DNA of 49,833 nt. Source: Octopus bimaculoides. Taxonomy: Eukaryota. The position numbers and the translations under genes are program-made. Of the stretch, positions 48,891-49,833 are shown one piece after another. The stretch covers positions 107,303,301-107,353,133 of the forward strand of contig NC_068984.1 in the NCBI RefSeq assembly GCF_001194135.2. The letters run 5' to 3'. The notes below the pieces were generated by a model. That model worked only from the letters and a program-made list of their open reading frames with translations, was not told the origin of the DNA and made no database searches. Position 1 is the stretch's first letter, and each line of letters begins with the position of its first letter.

Positions 48891-49833
48891 TACTTATATT
48901 TTAATGATGAGCATTAGAAAACATAATTAATTAAATTTAAAATAACAAAATTGTGTTGATTTGTGGTTGATGAGTATATGGTAGGCTCTTGGTCTTATTG
49001 TGCAACTTTATTTTAATTTCTGGTTCATATCAGTACAATCCAATTACATTGCTAATGCTTTTGAGAAAGGCTTTCATGTCAAAAGTCATTTCATCTGATT
49101 CACTTCTCTTAAGAAATTTGTGGCCATGTGGCTTGGAAAAGAAATCAATATTATAGAGTTGGCTCACTGAACTCTAGATCGGCTTCATATGAAACAGCGA
49201 TTGGTTTCTTTGAAAGAAATCAATACTGATGCTATGCTTTTCACTCCTCTCATTGTTTAAGTTGTAAAAGCATATATTTTACTTAAGGTTTCATATTTGA
49301 TAACAAATACTCTAAGAACTTTACATTGTCAGGAGACTACAAAATCATGGATTAGATTTAGTTCAACAATAGTCAAATACCATAATAAATTCAGACTTGC
49401 GTTTCATATTTTTCTTTCTTTCCATGATTACAGAGGTTGCATTGATCACATTCAGTACATTTCAAATACATTCTATTTGAAAGAAAATCACATTCAGAAA
49501 TTGTTTCTATATGAAACAAATTTACTTTGAAGTTATGATATAACTGAAAAAATATTATGCTTTTTGTTTTATAATACAAAGAATTCTTCCTTACTTCTTT
49601 GTCAACATCCTGTCAGTAGTCAGATAAAGAAGTATAGGCATATATATATGTGTATGAATGTATTTGTGTCAATTTTGAGTAACCTATATAATTTCAATAA
49701 GCAGTATTATATAATACATTAATGATTCATCTTTTTGTCTTTTATCTTTTACTTGTTTCTGTCATACTGGGGCACCACCTTGAAGAAAATTTAGTCAAAT
49801 GAATCATCCCTGGTACCTATTTTTTTTTTTTTT

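Noticed and set aside
49060-49530. Possible next TSNAXIP1 exon (expected DEEG...PF)
   Set aside because: No frame matches and in-frame stops are present. The exon is probably beyond the window or inside the gaps at 38249-38553 or 44527-44692.
545-49579. Most short ORFs in the supplied track (HTHT, YIYI, CVCV, III, NNN, LLL runs and X-filled ORFs)
   Set aside because: They are translations of microsatellites, SINEs or N gaps, not genes.

Overview
This is AT-rich, microsatellite-dense animal genomic DNA with assembly gaps. The SINE/MITE repertoire points to an octopus (coleoid cephalopod); this is an inference. One host gene is visible, and the ORF track largely misses it: seven phase-compatible + strand exons (6946-37498) encode the middle of a TSNAXIP1-like (translin-associated factor X-interacting protein 1) ciliary/flagellar protein. 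Its 5' and 3' exons were not found. The rest is intronic or flanking sequence filled with transposon remnants: two Helitrons with both termini, two Penelope-like fragments, R4/Dong-like and RTE LINE remnants, two Chapaev3-like transposase fragments, hAT/mariner/piggyBac MITEs and many tRNA-derived SINEs. The most notable items are a decayed minimal hammerhead-ribozyme motif (44898-44944), a ~1.25 kb foldback element with ~500 bp arms inside a three-level nested insertion, a SINE dimer bounded by one 13-bp TSD, a near-perfect intronic RFX X-box, a candidate antisense exon, and apparent loss of the TPRP motif in this TSNAXIP1. I see no evidence of a wholly new multi-gene system. All family assignments come from motif recognition by eye and recalled sequences, not database searches.
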